DNA from: an uncultured bacterium
Lineage (GTDB): Bacteria > Oederibacteriota > PGYV01 > CAWJRG01
Reading direction: 5' to 3'
NCBI GenBank assembly: GCA_963845185.1
Contig: CAWJRG010000009.1
Span: 1 to 64,000, forward strand
Length of the DNA: 64,000 bases
Both the position numbers and the translations under genes were made by a program. Position 1 is the first letter of the stretch. The number at the start of each line of letters is the position of its first letter. Positions 10,900-19,403 of the stretch are shown piece after piece. The notes beneath the pieces are model-generated. The model saw nothing but the letters and a program-made list of their open reading frames with translations. It did not search any database and was not told the DNA's origin.

Positions 10900-11211
10900 C
10901 AAGTGACAATCCCAAATTCCAACCATAAGCCATTCACTATTGTTAAGGCTTATGGCCCTGTGCCGGAATGTAATGACTGGTACAGGGATCCCAAATCCCA
11001 AACTTTCCCCCCGAAATATGGTATAATTTTTTAAACAGGGAGCGGTACCATATTCAGCAATATTCCCGCTGCGCGGGATTTTTAGGAGCAATTTTCGTGG
11101 GAAAAAGTACGGAAAGTTCAACGCCGAAAGTGAAAAAGAAATAAATTATCAATTGCCAATTTTAAATATATTATTAGCGGCAGTTAAATAAAAACAAAAG
11201 GCGAATGGAAA

Positions 11212-12387
11212 ATGAAAAAATCAATATTTTTTACGATTTTAGTATTATTGCTTATTTTTTCCGCGTGCTCAAAGAAGAAAAGCAGCCCTACCGGGCCCGG
11301 TGAGACAGACACGCCGGATATTGCCAATACGCAGACAGCCGTGGCTGGCAGCCTGACAAAAACAATTACTCCGACTTTGACGATAAGCGCCACGAATACA
11401 CAATCCGCAACAATAACACAGACATTCACAATAACGCAAACGTACACAATATCTGCAACATTTACAATATCGCCGACAATAACGCAAACAAGCATAATAC
11501 CGTGCAGCGCCTGGACGCAGGCAGCGCCTGCGGCGGCATTCTCGCCGGCACGGTATGGACATGCAAGCGTGGTGTTTAACAATTACATGTGGGTAATAGG
11601 GGGATTTGACGGCACGAATTACCTGAACGACGCATGGTATTCGGGCGACGGCTCGACATGGACACAAATGACACAATCAAACGCTTTCCTGCCTGCAAGG
11701 GATTTTTACGCAAGCATGGTATATAACAACCAGATATGGGTAATAGGAGGCAGGGGCAATTTTTATGACCTGCTTAACGACGTATGGTACTCAGGCGACG
11801 GCGCAAACTGGGCATGCGCGACCATAGCAGCTGCGTTTAACGGAAGGGACAGCCATACAGGCGTTGTTTATAATAACCTGATGTGGGTAATAGGAGGCAT
11901 TGATTGCAATTCCAGCAGGTATAACGACGTATGGTACTCGGGCGACGGTATAAACTGGGGATGCACCACAACTGCAGCCGCGTTTCCGGCAAGAGACGGG
12001 CATGCATGCGTGGTATTTAATAATAAAATATGGGTTATAGCCGGAAGCTCGGCCAGCGGCGCGCTGAGCGACGTATGGTATTCCAGCGACTGCAAAAACT
12101 GGGCACAGGCTGCAGCGTCGGCAGGATTCGGCGCCAGGTACTGGTTCGCGAGCGCGGTATATGACAATAAAATATGGGTGACAGGCGGAAACCCGAACGG
12201 GCAATATTATAACGACGTATGGTATTCAGGCGACGGAGCATCATGGGCCGAAGCGACAGTGTCGGCAGGTTTCAGCGCAAGGGAGGGGCACACAAGCCTG
12301 GCTTTTAACAATGAATTGTGGGTGACAGGCGGGCTTGAGTACAGCGGGACCATGCTGAACGATGCCTGGTATTCATCGGCGCAGTAG
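11212..12387 (+). CDS. Lipoprotein with Thr-rich linker and Kelch-like beta-propeller
   Basis: Lipobox FSAC, TxT-rich linker, and six repeats of R.GH...VFNN.MWVIGG...NDVWYS.DG..W. Confidence 0.85.
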   Translation: MKKSIFFTILVLLLIFSACSKKKSSPTGPGETDTPDIANTQTAVAGSLTKTITPTLTISATNTQSATITQTFTITQTYTISATFTISPTITQTSIIPCSAWTQAAPAAAFSPARYGHASVVFNNYMWVIGGFDGTNYLNDAWYSGDGSTWTQMTQSNAFLPARDFYASMVYNNQIWVIGGRGNFYDLLNDVWYSGDGANWACATIAAAFNGRDSHTGVVYNNLMWVIGGIDCNSSRYNDVWYSGDGINWGCTTTAAAFPARDGHACVVFNNKIWVIAGSSASGALSDVWYSSDCKNWAQAAASAGFGARYWFASAVYDNKIWVTGGNPNGQYYNDVWYSGDGASWAEATVSAGFSAREGHTSLAFNNELWVTGGLEYSGTMLNDAWYSSAQ

Positions 12388-12412
12388 GGCACAGGCAAAG
12401 GAGAAAACAAGG

Positions 12413-13999
12413 GTGAATGCAAAAAAGGTTTTATTATTATCTGCAGTGTTGTTCCTTATTTCCGGGAAAACAGCAGTTCCATATCCATGGAACGCCACAT
12501 ATCCATACGGCATGCAGGCAACCAACGCGAGCTCTAGCCAGGTGCAGGCCATATATGACGATTGGGCAAGCGAGTGCATAACTTCAAGCGGCGCAGGCGG
12601 ATACCGCAGGGTGCAAACCCCGGGAAATACCCCGCCTATTGACCCGCCTGCCACTGATTCAATATCAGAGGGAATAGGCTATGGAATGTTGTTTGCAGTG
12701 TATTTTTCAGACCAGCCTTTATTTAACGATTTGTGGAACTATGAGAAGCTCCACCTTGATTCAGACGGGCTCATGAACTGGGACATAACCGACACAGGCG
12801 CAGTACGCGGGTACAACTCTGCCACAGACGGCGACCAGGACATAGCTTTTAGCCTTGTCATGGCAGACAGGGAGTGGGGTTCAGGGACGTATTGCTATCT
12901 TACAAATGCAGCTGTTGAAATAACAAAATTAAAAACTTACGACTGCGATGCGTCGGACTATCATTTAAAACCCGATGACATGTGGGATGGCGTTGAATTT
13001 CCATGCTATTATATGCCTGCATGGTATACTGAGTTTGGGGTTGTAAACCCGTCTGAGGCGTCTTTCTGGGCAAACGTAGAAAACAAATGCAACTCAAACC
13101 TTGCAGCAGGCAGAAATCAAAACACAGGGCTCGTCGCGGAAAACCTGAACCATGACGGCACTGTGTATGGCGCCAATACATACTGGTATAATTCCTGCCG
13201 GGTGCCGTGGAGGTACGCCATAGACTATGCATGGAACGGCGACTCATTTAGCCAGACAGAAACAAACATGCTTGCCGTATTTTTCAACAACATAGGCCCG
13301 TCGAACATACTCGACGGCTATGACGTGGCGACAGGAGCGGCCACAGGCACGGATAATAATTCGGCTTTTGTAGGGCCGGCTGCATGCTCGCTGATGTCGC
13401 TGAGCCAGACTGCCTCAAACCAGAACAGTTTAAATGGTTTTTATACATGGTTGAATAATTACGGATATGACGGGTATTATTACGACGGCGCGCTCGCTAT
13501 AATGTCCATGCTTTTAATGTCCGGCAATTTCCCCAAATCTTTTTATACGCCGACAATCACGCCTGTTGTCTCACCTACGCCGACTTCGACAATTTCGCCC
13601 GTGCTTTCCCCGACGCCGACATACACCATAACGCCTGTTCCGCAGCCTACGCTGACGCCGGCGCCTTATTATCCGGCAAAAGGATTAATGATTTATCCGG
13701 ACCCGCTGAACAGGGTAAACGGCCTGCAGAACATGACGCTCAGGGTAAACCTGTCAAAACAGGAAACTTACGTGTGGATAAGGGTCTATACTTTCGCGAT
13801 GAGGAAGGTATTTGAAGGCTATGAAACAGTGCCAAACACAACAGCGGCAGGATGGCAGGACATACCGCTTGTAAACACAAGGAATTATCTTATCAGCACA
13901 GGCGCGGCAAACGGGCTGTATTATTATACTGTCTGCGATTTGCAAAACGGGAACCTGAACCGGATAAGCCAGGCAGAAACTTTTATAATATTGCGGTAA
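12413..13999 (+). CDS. Glycoside hydrolase family 8 with PT linker and C-terminal Ig-like/sorting domain (copy 1)
   Basis: SEGIGYGM, GLMNW, SATDGD and YNSCRVPWR motifs. GTG start after GGAG, chosen by analogy with copy 2. Confidence 0.9.
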   Translation: MNAKKVLLLSAVLFLISGKTAVPYPWNATYPYGMQATNASSSQVQAIYDDWASECITSSGAGGYRRVQTPGNTPPIDPPATDSISEGIGYGMLFAVYFSDQPLFNDLWNYEKLHLDSDGLMNWDITDTGAVRGYNSATDGDQDIAFSLVMADREWGSGTYCYLTNAAVEITKLKTYDCDASDYHLKPDDMWDGVEFPCYYMPAWYTEFGVVNPSEASFWANVENKCNSNLAAGRNQNTGLVAENLNHDGTVYGANTYWYNSCRVPWRYAIDYAWNGDSFSQTETNMLAVFFNNIGPSNILDGYDVATGAATGTDNNSAFVGPAACSLMSLSQTASNQNSLNGFYTWLNNYGYDGYYYDGALAIMSMLLMSGNFPKSFYTPTITPVVSPTPTSTISPVLSPTPTYTITPVPQPTLTPAPYYPAKGLMIYPDPLNRVNGLQNMTLRVNLSKQETYVWIRVYTFAMRKVFEGYETVPNTTAAGWQDIPLVNTRNYLISTGAANGLYYYTVCDLQNGNLNRISQAETFIILR

Positions 14000-14075
14000 G
14001 CCTTAGGCCTGTCTGAAAATAGACGGTGTCACCCCTTGCTTGTTGCTAATTTAAACCGGATTGAACGGAATGGCG

Positions 14076-14120
14076 GAGGGTGAAAGATGAAAACGCACGA
14101 AGCTGGGCCTGGCACCTTTC
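14076..14120 (+). repeat. ~45-bp direct repeat, copy A
   Basis: GAGGGTGAAAGATGAAAACGCACGAAGCTGGGCCTGGCACCTTTC, similar to 14748-14790. Confidence 0.65.
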
Positions 14121-14202
14121 TTGTTCCTTTAGCAATTGGTCTTGAAAAGATAAAAATTAACCTGTATTATTACCCAAATACACTGAATAAAGGAGGTAAA
14201 TT

Positions 14203-14724
14203 ATGAAATTCTTTAAAAATATCACATGGTCGTTTTTTATACTGGTAATTTTATGCGCGTTTCTGCCTTTTGCCAATGTATCGTGCTCGGGCAAGCAGGT
14301 CGCGACCATGACCGGCGCAAGCCTTTGCACAGGCACAAAAATAAGCTTTGCCGGGCATGAGCAGGATGTAAAACCTGAGCCCAGGGTGATTGCTGTGTAC
14401 GCGCTCTGCCTGATATCCGGGATTTTGCTTCTGCTGAAAAAGACCCGTAAAGCATTTGCTTTTGCGATGATATCAAGCCTTGCATGTTTTGGGCTCCTGT
14501 CGTGGTGTAAGCTTATAACGGACCAGATGGTAAAACAAAACCCCGGAAGCTGGTCGCTGTCCTATGATACAGGCTGTTATGCGACAATAATACTGCTCGC
14601 CTTATGCCTGATCTTCAGCGCCATTTTTGCATTCCGGCGCAGCGATGAAAAACCTGTTGAAACCGGCGTTCAAAATAATGGGGATAAGGAACCGGGAACA
14701 GGGAATGAAAGCAGCGGGATGTAA
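14203..14724 (+). CDS. Hypothetical membrane protein (about 4 TM)
   Basis: GGAGG RBS, hydrophobic segments, and an upstream TTGAAA-17-TATTAT promoter-like site. Confidence 0.75.
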   Translation: MKFFKNITWSFFILVILCAFLPFANVSCSGKQVATMTGASLCTGTKISFAGHEQDVKPEPRVIAVYALCLISGILLLLKKTRKAFAFAMISSLACFGLLSWCKLITDQMVKQNPGSWSLSYDTGCYATIILLALCLIFSAIFAFRRSDEKPVETGVQNNGDKEPGTGNESSGM

Positions 14725-14747
14725 GATTGTAAGGCTGGAGGATTGAA

Positions 14748-14790
14748 GAGGTGAAGGATGAAAACGCACGAAGCAAGGCCTGATACTTTC
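14748..14790 (+). repeat. ~45-bp direct repeat, copy B
   Basis: GAGGTGAAGGATGAAAACGCACGAAGCAAGGCCTGATACTTTC. Confidence 0.65.
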
Positions 14791-14838
14791 CTGACTTCTC
14801 TATATGTTTGAACAGGTGCCCTTCGGCAGGCATTAAAC

Positions 14839-14866
14839 GTTGGGACGTTTTGCAAAACGTCTCTAC
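14839..14866. repeat. REP-like palindrome (GTAG/CTAC type)
   Basis: GTTGGGACGTTTTGCAAAACGTCTCTAC. Confidence 0.7.
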
Positions 14867-14918
14867 GTAAAAACAAACGAAAGAACAAAGGCAGGCACGG
14901 GCAAAGGAGAAAACAAGG

Positions 14919-16448
14919 TTGAATTTAAAAAAGGTTTTGTTATTATCTGCAGCTTTGTTCCTTATTTCCGGGAAAACAGCAGTTCCATATCCATGGAACG
15001 TGACATATCCGTACGGCATGCAGGCAACCAACGCGAGCTCTGCGCAGGTGCAGGCCATATATAACGCATGGGCAAGCGCCTGCATAACCTCAAGCGGCGC
15101 AGGCGGATACCGCAGGGTGCAAAACCCGGGAAATACCCCGCCTACAGACCCGCCTGCCACCGACTCTGTGTCGGAAGGCATAGGCTACGGCATGATAATG
15201 GCCGTGTATTTTTCGGACCAGTCCCTGCTGAATGATTTATGGAATTATGAGAAAATTTATATTGATTCAGACGGGCTCATGAACTGGGATATAGCCGACA
15301 CAGGCACAGTAAGCGGGTACGGCTCGGCTACGGACGGTGATGAAGACATAGCTTTTAGCCTTGTCATGGCTGGCAGGGAATGGGGCTCGTCAGGCACGTA
15401 TAATTACATATCGCTTGCCGCAGCTGAAATAACAAAACTAAAAAATTACGACTGCAGCGCGTCGGACTATCATTTAAAACCCGGGGACGGGTGGGATGAT
15501 TGTGAATTTCCTTCGTATTACATGCCTGCCTGGTACACTGAGTTTGGGGTCGTAAACCCGGGTGAGGCGTCTTTCTGGGCAAACGTAGAAAACAAATGCA
15601 ACTCAAACCTTGCAACAGGCATAAATCCAGGCACGGGGCTCGTCGCGGAAACCCTGAATCATAACGGCACTGTATACGGTACAAACACATACGGCTATAA
15701 TTCCTGCAGGGTGCCGTGGAGATACGCCATTGATTACGTGTGGAACGGCGATCCGGCGGCCCAGACAGAAACAGGCCTGCTGGCGGCATTTTTTAACAAC
15801 ATAGGGCCGGCAAACATACTTGACGGTTATGATGTGGCGACAGGCGCGGCTAACGGCTTATATAATGATTCGGCTTTTGTCGGGCCCGCAGGATGCTCGC
15901 TGATGTCGCTGAGCCAGACTGCCTCAAACCAGAACAGTTTAAATGGTTTTTATACCTGGCTGAATAATTACGGATATGACGGTTATTATTATGATGGAGC
16001 GCTCGCGGTAATGTCCATGCTTTTAATGTCCGGCAATTTCCCCAAATATTTTTATACGCCGACAATCACGCCTGTTGTCTCACCGACACCGCAGCCTGCG
16101 CTGACGCCGGCGCCTTATTATCCGGCAAAAGGATTAATGATTTATCCCAACCCGCTGAACAGGGCAAACGGCCTGCAGAACATGACGCTCAGGATAAACC
16201 TGTCAAAACAGGAAACTTATGTGTGGATAAGGGTCTATACTTTCGCGATGAGGAAGGTATTTGAAGGCTATGAAACAGTGCCAAACGCAACAGCGGCGGG
16301 ATGGCAGGATATACCGCTTGTAAACACAAGGAATTATCTTATCAGCACAGGCGCGGCAAACGGGCTGTATTATTATACTGTCTGTGATTTGCAAAACGGG
16401 AACCTGAACCGGATAAGCCAGGCAGAAACTTTTATAATATTGCGGTAA
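14919..16448 (+). CDS. Glycoside hydrolase family 8 with PT linker and C-terminal Ig-like/sorting domain (copy 2)
   Basis: Close paralog of 12413-13999. TTG start after GGAG. Confidence 0.9.
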   Translation: MNLKKVLLLSAALFLISGKTAVPYPWNVTYPYGMQATNASSAQVQAIYNAWASACITSSGAGGYRRVQNPGNTPPTDPPATDSVSEGIGYGMIMAVYFSDQSLLNDLWNYEKIYIDSDGLMNWDIADTGTVSGYGSATDGDEDIAFSLVMAGREWGSSGTYNYISLAAAEITKLKNYDCSASDYHLKPGDGWDDCEFPSYYMPAWYTEFGVVNPGEASFWANVENKCNSNLATGINPGTGLVAETLNHNGTVYGTNTYGYNSCRVPWRYAIDYVWNGDPAAQTETGLLAAFFNNIGPANILDGYDVATGAANGLYNDSAFVGPAGCSLMSLSQTASNQNSLNGFYTWLNNYGYDGYYYDGALAVMSMLLMSGNFPKYFYTPTITPVVSPTPQPALTPAPYYPAKGLMIYPNPLNRANGLQNMTLRINLSKQETYVWIRVYTFAMRKVFEGYETVPNATAAGWQDIPLVNTRNYLISTGAANGLYYYTVCDLQNGNLNRISQAETFIILR

Positions 16449-16526
16449 GCCTAAGGGCTGTCTCTACCAAAACAAACATAAACCATTTGCTTGTGCCTGA
16501 AAATTGGGCGAAAAGGAAAAGCATAT

Positions 16527-17420
16527 ATGAAAAAAATTCCGGTTGCTTTATTTATTATAATTGCGATTTTAATGATGTGCGGATTTAAAAAATATTCATC
16601 TTCATGGGGAACTTTGGGAAGCGGCAACGGGCAGTTTAATTATCTTGGCGGGATAGCGCTGGACAGCAGCGGCAACGTGTATGTTTCGGACTATATGAAT
16701 TACAGGGTGCAGAAATTCAGCGCTGCGGGCGCGTATATGACACAATGGGGCGGCGGAGGGAACGGCAACGGGAAGTTTGATTTGCCCACGGGAATAGCGG
16801 TGGACAGCAGCGGTAATGTGTATGTTGTGGACGGCAATAACAGGCTCCAAAAATTCAGCAGGACCGGGAAATTTTTGACACAATGGGGCAGTTACGGGAA
16901 AGACCCCGGGCAGTTTTTTAATCCCCTGGGAGTGGCGGTGGACAGCAGCGGAGACGTATATGTTACAAACGCCGATAACAGGATACAGAAATTCAGCAAG
17001 ACCGGGAAATATATTATGCAATGGGGCAGTTATGGAGTATTCTGCGGGAAGGTTGACAAGCCTGTCGGCATAGCAATAGGCAGCAACGGGAACGTGTATA
17101 TTGCCGATTCGGGCAATGACAGGATAGAAATATTCAGCAACAAGGGCGCGTATTTAAGGGAATTGGGCGAAAATGGGACAGGCGAAGGCCAGCTTAACAA
17201 GCCTTACGGGGTGGCTTTGGACAGCAGCGGCAACGTATATGTCGCGGACACGTATAATAACAGGATACAGGAATTCAGCAATGAAGGGGCATATGTGGCG
17301 CAATGGGGCAGTTTTGAAAGCTGGCAATTTAACAAGCCCATCGGGGTGGCAGTGGACAGCAGCGGCAGTGTGTATGTCGCGGACTCGGGGAACAACAGGA
17401 TACATGTATTCCACCCGTAG
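16527..17420 (+). CDS. Secreted NHL-repeat six-bladed beta-propeller
   Basis: Signal peptide followed by repeats of F..P.GIAVDSSGNVYV.D..NNRIQKF. Confidence 0.9.
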   Translation: MKKIPVALFIIIAILMMCGFKKYSSSWGTLGSGNGQFNYLGGIALDSSGNVYVSDYMNYRVQKFSAAGAYMTQWGGGGNGNGKFDLPTGIAVDSSGNVYVVDGNNRLQKFSRTGKFLTQWGSYGKDPGQFFNPLGVAVDSSGDVYVTNADNRIQKFSKTGKYIMQWGSYGVFCGKVDKPVGIAIGSNGNVYIADSGNDRIEIFSNKGAYLRELGENGTGEGQLNKPYGVALDSSGNVYVADTYNNRIQEFSNEGAYVAQWGSFESWQFNKPIGVAVDSSGSVYVADSGNNRIHVFHP

Positions 17421-17547
17421 GGATGAAGCGATTTGGGATTTGGAATTTGGTATGGATTCAAAATTTTAACGGTAAAGAAAAGAAGTGAACTTTGAAGAGA
17501 ATTTATCCGTCTAATTTTAAGAGGTTTAAGTGGAAACAAGGTGGAAA

Positions 17548-17805
17548 ATGGATGATAATTACCTGAAAATCATAAAACAACTTGGGGTTGTGTATAAGGA
17601 TCGTTTAATTGACCATATTGAATACAGGAGGCTTGTAAGAAAAATAGACGCCCAAAGCAATGATTTAAAAAACTCGAAAAAATTAAGCAGCAGCCTGGAT
17701 ACAATAATTAATTTAAAGGAAGACTTAAAACAGGGCAAAATAACGGAAAAATTTTTCATTTGCGAAAAGGACAGGCTACTGAATGAAATAAATGATTATA
17801 TTTAA
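17548..17805 (+). CDS. Small hypothetical protein
   Basis: ATG after AAGGTGG. 85-aa helical-looking ORF. Confidence 0.45.
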   Translation: MDDNYLKIIKQLGVVYKDRLIDHIEYRRLVRKIDAQSNDLKNSKKLSSSLDTIINLKEDLKQGKITEKFFICEKDRLLNEINDYI

Positions 17806-17905
17806 AAAATGGCGCTGCATGTTTTAAATCAGATGTGTAAAGCGGATTTACTTGTTTTATACGCCTTTTTGGAGCATACTCAATATATGATAGTTTATGA
17901 GAACG

Positions 17906-17936
17906 GCCATGATGACGGCTTGACAGAATAAACGCT
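17906..17936 (+). ncRNA. Truncated leader element (3' half of P2 only)
   Basis: GCC-ATGATGAC-GGCTTGACAGAATAAACGC followed by the same ATGATATCAAGCA spacer seen at 19220. Confidence 0.55.
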
Positions 17937-17946
17937 ATGATATCAA

Positions 17947-18175
17947 GCATTGCTTGTCCTTGGCCTGCCGGCCTCGGACTTGAGCGGCTTGACAGAGTTT
18001 GATTTTGAAAGCGTCAACAGAGAAGCAAAATCATTACTCTGACAAGTCCATGCAACGCATGGAGTGCGTAATATTTTGTCAGGGTAGCTTTTATAATGAT
18101 GATTAATGGAAACTACCCGTCAAATAGTCCACAGGACTATTTGACCCTGTTTGAGGGCTTGACAAAATAAACGCT
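17947..18175 (+). ncRNA. Two-hairpin leader element, copy 2 (carries inserts X and Y)
   Basis: P1 core GCTTGTCC..GGACTTGAGCGG, insert X at 17988-18063, and P2 GCGTAATATTTTGTCA..TGACAAAATAAACGC with insert Y at 18082-18145. Ends just before AAGGAG. Confidence 0.7.
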
Positions 18176-18190
18176 ATCAAGGAGATAAAC

Positions 18191-18889
18191 ATGAAAACAC
18201 AATTCACAAAGAACAGGTTCAGGCCAATGCTGGCAGGACTGCTTTGCCCACTGTTTTTAATAATTATTTTCAGCCTTTTGGCCGCGAGGGATGTGCGCAA
18301 TGAAGGCACCCAAAGCAACAGCGTGCACAGCAGCAGTACGCACAGCAGTAGCGTGCACAGCGGCAATGTGCGCAGTGGAGGAGTAAGCAGCGCGAACTGG
18401 CACAACGGTGGCGTAAGCAGCGCGAACTGGCATAACGGTGGCGTAAGCAATGCTAACTGGCATAATGGAGGCGTTCACAGCGGATACTGGCACAATGGAG
18501 GCACGCACGGCGGGTACTGGCACAATGGAAGCTGGTACAGGTGGCACGGAACGTACTGGATAGGAGGCATTCCTTATTACTATTACTATAACCCTTACTA
18601 CTCTGACGAGTACTGCGAAGTAGTACCGGATGGATATATTGTTGTGCCGGCACCGGTTGTAAGTTCGGACCAGCAGGAAGCAGAGCCCGATGCTTCCAAC
18701 CCGGCCCAGGAACCTCCGCAAACACAGGAAAAATCACCAAACAAAATTATAATAAACATACCAAATTCACACGGCGGTTTTACGCCCGTAACCCTTAAAA
18801 AATACAAAAAGGGGTATATAGGCCCGCAGGGTGAATTTTACGATGGCAAGCCGACCGTTAAACAGTTACAAGTATTGTACGGGGATTAA
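18191..18889 (+). CDS. Hypothetical exported low-complexity repeat protein
   Basis: AAGGAG RBS, N-terminal hydrophobic helix, 5/10-residue WHNGG repeats, a Tyr-rich stretch and a small C-terminal domain. Confidence 0.75.
   Translation: MKTQFTKNRFRPMLAGLLCPLFLIIIFSLLAARDVRNEGTQSNSVHSSSTHSSSVHSGNVRSGGVSSANWHNGGVSSANWHNGGVSNANWHNGGVHSGYWHNGGTHGGYWHNGSWYRWHGTYWIGGIPYYYYYNPYYSDEYCEVVPDGYIVVPAPVVSSDQQEAEPDASNPAQEPPQTQEKSPNKIIINIPNSHGGFTPVTLKKYKKGYIGPQGEFYDGKPTVKQLQVLYGD
18317..18547 (+). repeat. Coding tandem repeats (15/30-bp period)
   Basis: AGCAGCGCGAACTGGCA(C/T)AACGGTGGCGTA units encoding SSANWHNGGV, preceded by 15-bp S.VHS units. Confidence 0.8.
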
Positions 18890-19060
18890 CAGGTATATAA
18901 GGAACCCGTATAAAAAAGTCATATAATTTATATTACTGAAGTCAGTCTCAGATCATTCCTTTTTGTGTGGTAACTGCTAATAAATATTGCAATATGGGGG
19001 ATTTCACAATATAATCAATAAGGCTGCAGATTTTGCCGGCCACTGTTAATTTATCAATCA

Positions 19061-19220
19061 ATACCGCTTGTCCCTCACAAGTTCGGGACTGGAGCGGCTT
19101 GACAGAGTTTGATTTTGCAAGCGTCAACAGAGAAGCATAATCATTACTCTGACAAGTCCATGCAACGCATGGAGTGCGTAATACTTTGCCAGCACCTTTG
19201 GCTTGACAAAATAAACGAAA
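19061..19220 (+). ncRNA. Two-hairpin leader element, copy 3a (insert X)
   Basis: ATACCGCTTGTCC..GGACTGGAGCGG, insert X at 19098-19173, and a short P2. Confidence 0.7.
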
Positions 19221-19230
19221 TGATATCAAG

Positions 19231-19390
19231 CACCCCTTGTCCTCGGCCTTGGGGCTTCGGACTTGAGCGGGTACATGATTTCGTAATACTTTGCTGGGTA
19301 GCTTTTACATGATGACTTATGGTAACTACCAGTCAAATAGTCCGCAGGACTATTTGACTGCCTTCGACGGCTTGGCAAAATAAACGAAAT
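19231..19390 (+). ncRNA. Two-hairpin leader element, copy 3b (insert Y)
   Basis: CTTGTCC..GGACTTGAGCGGGTAC, then ATTTCGTAATACTTTGC..GGCAAAATAAACGAAAT with insert Y at 19296-19358. Ends just before GGGAGG. Confidence 0.7.
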
Positions 19391-19403
19391 TAAGGGAGGT
19401 TTT

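Noticed and set aside
18082..18125. Hammerhead-like ATGATGA...GAAAC...GTC in insert Y
   Set aside because: The core should be CTGANGA, stems II and III cannot form, and the second copy has GGTAAC instead of GAAAC.
17906..19390. CRISPR array or integron attC cassettes as an explanation for the repeats
   Set aside because: There are no regular repeat-spacer units, no RYYYAAC/GTTRRRY boxes, and no cas or integrase gene in the window.
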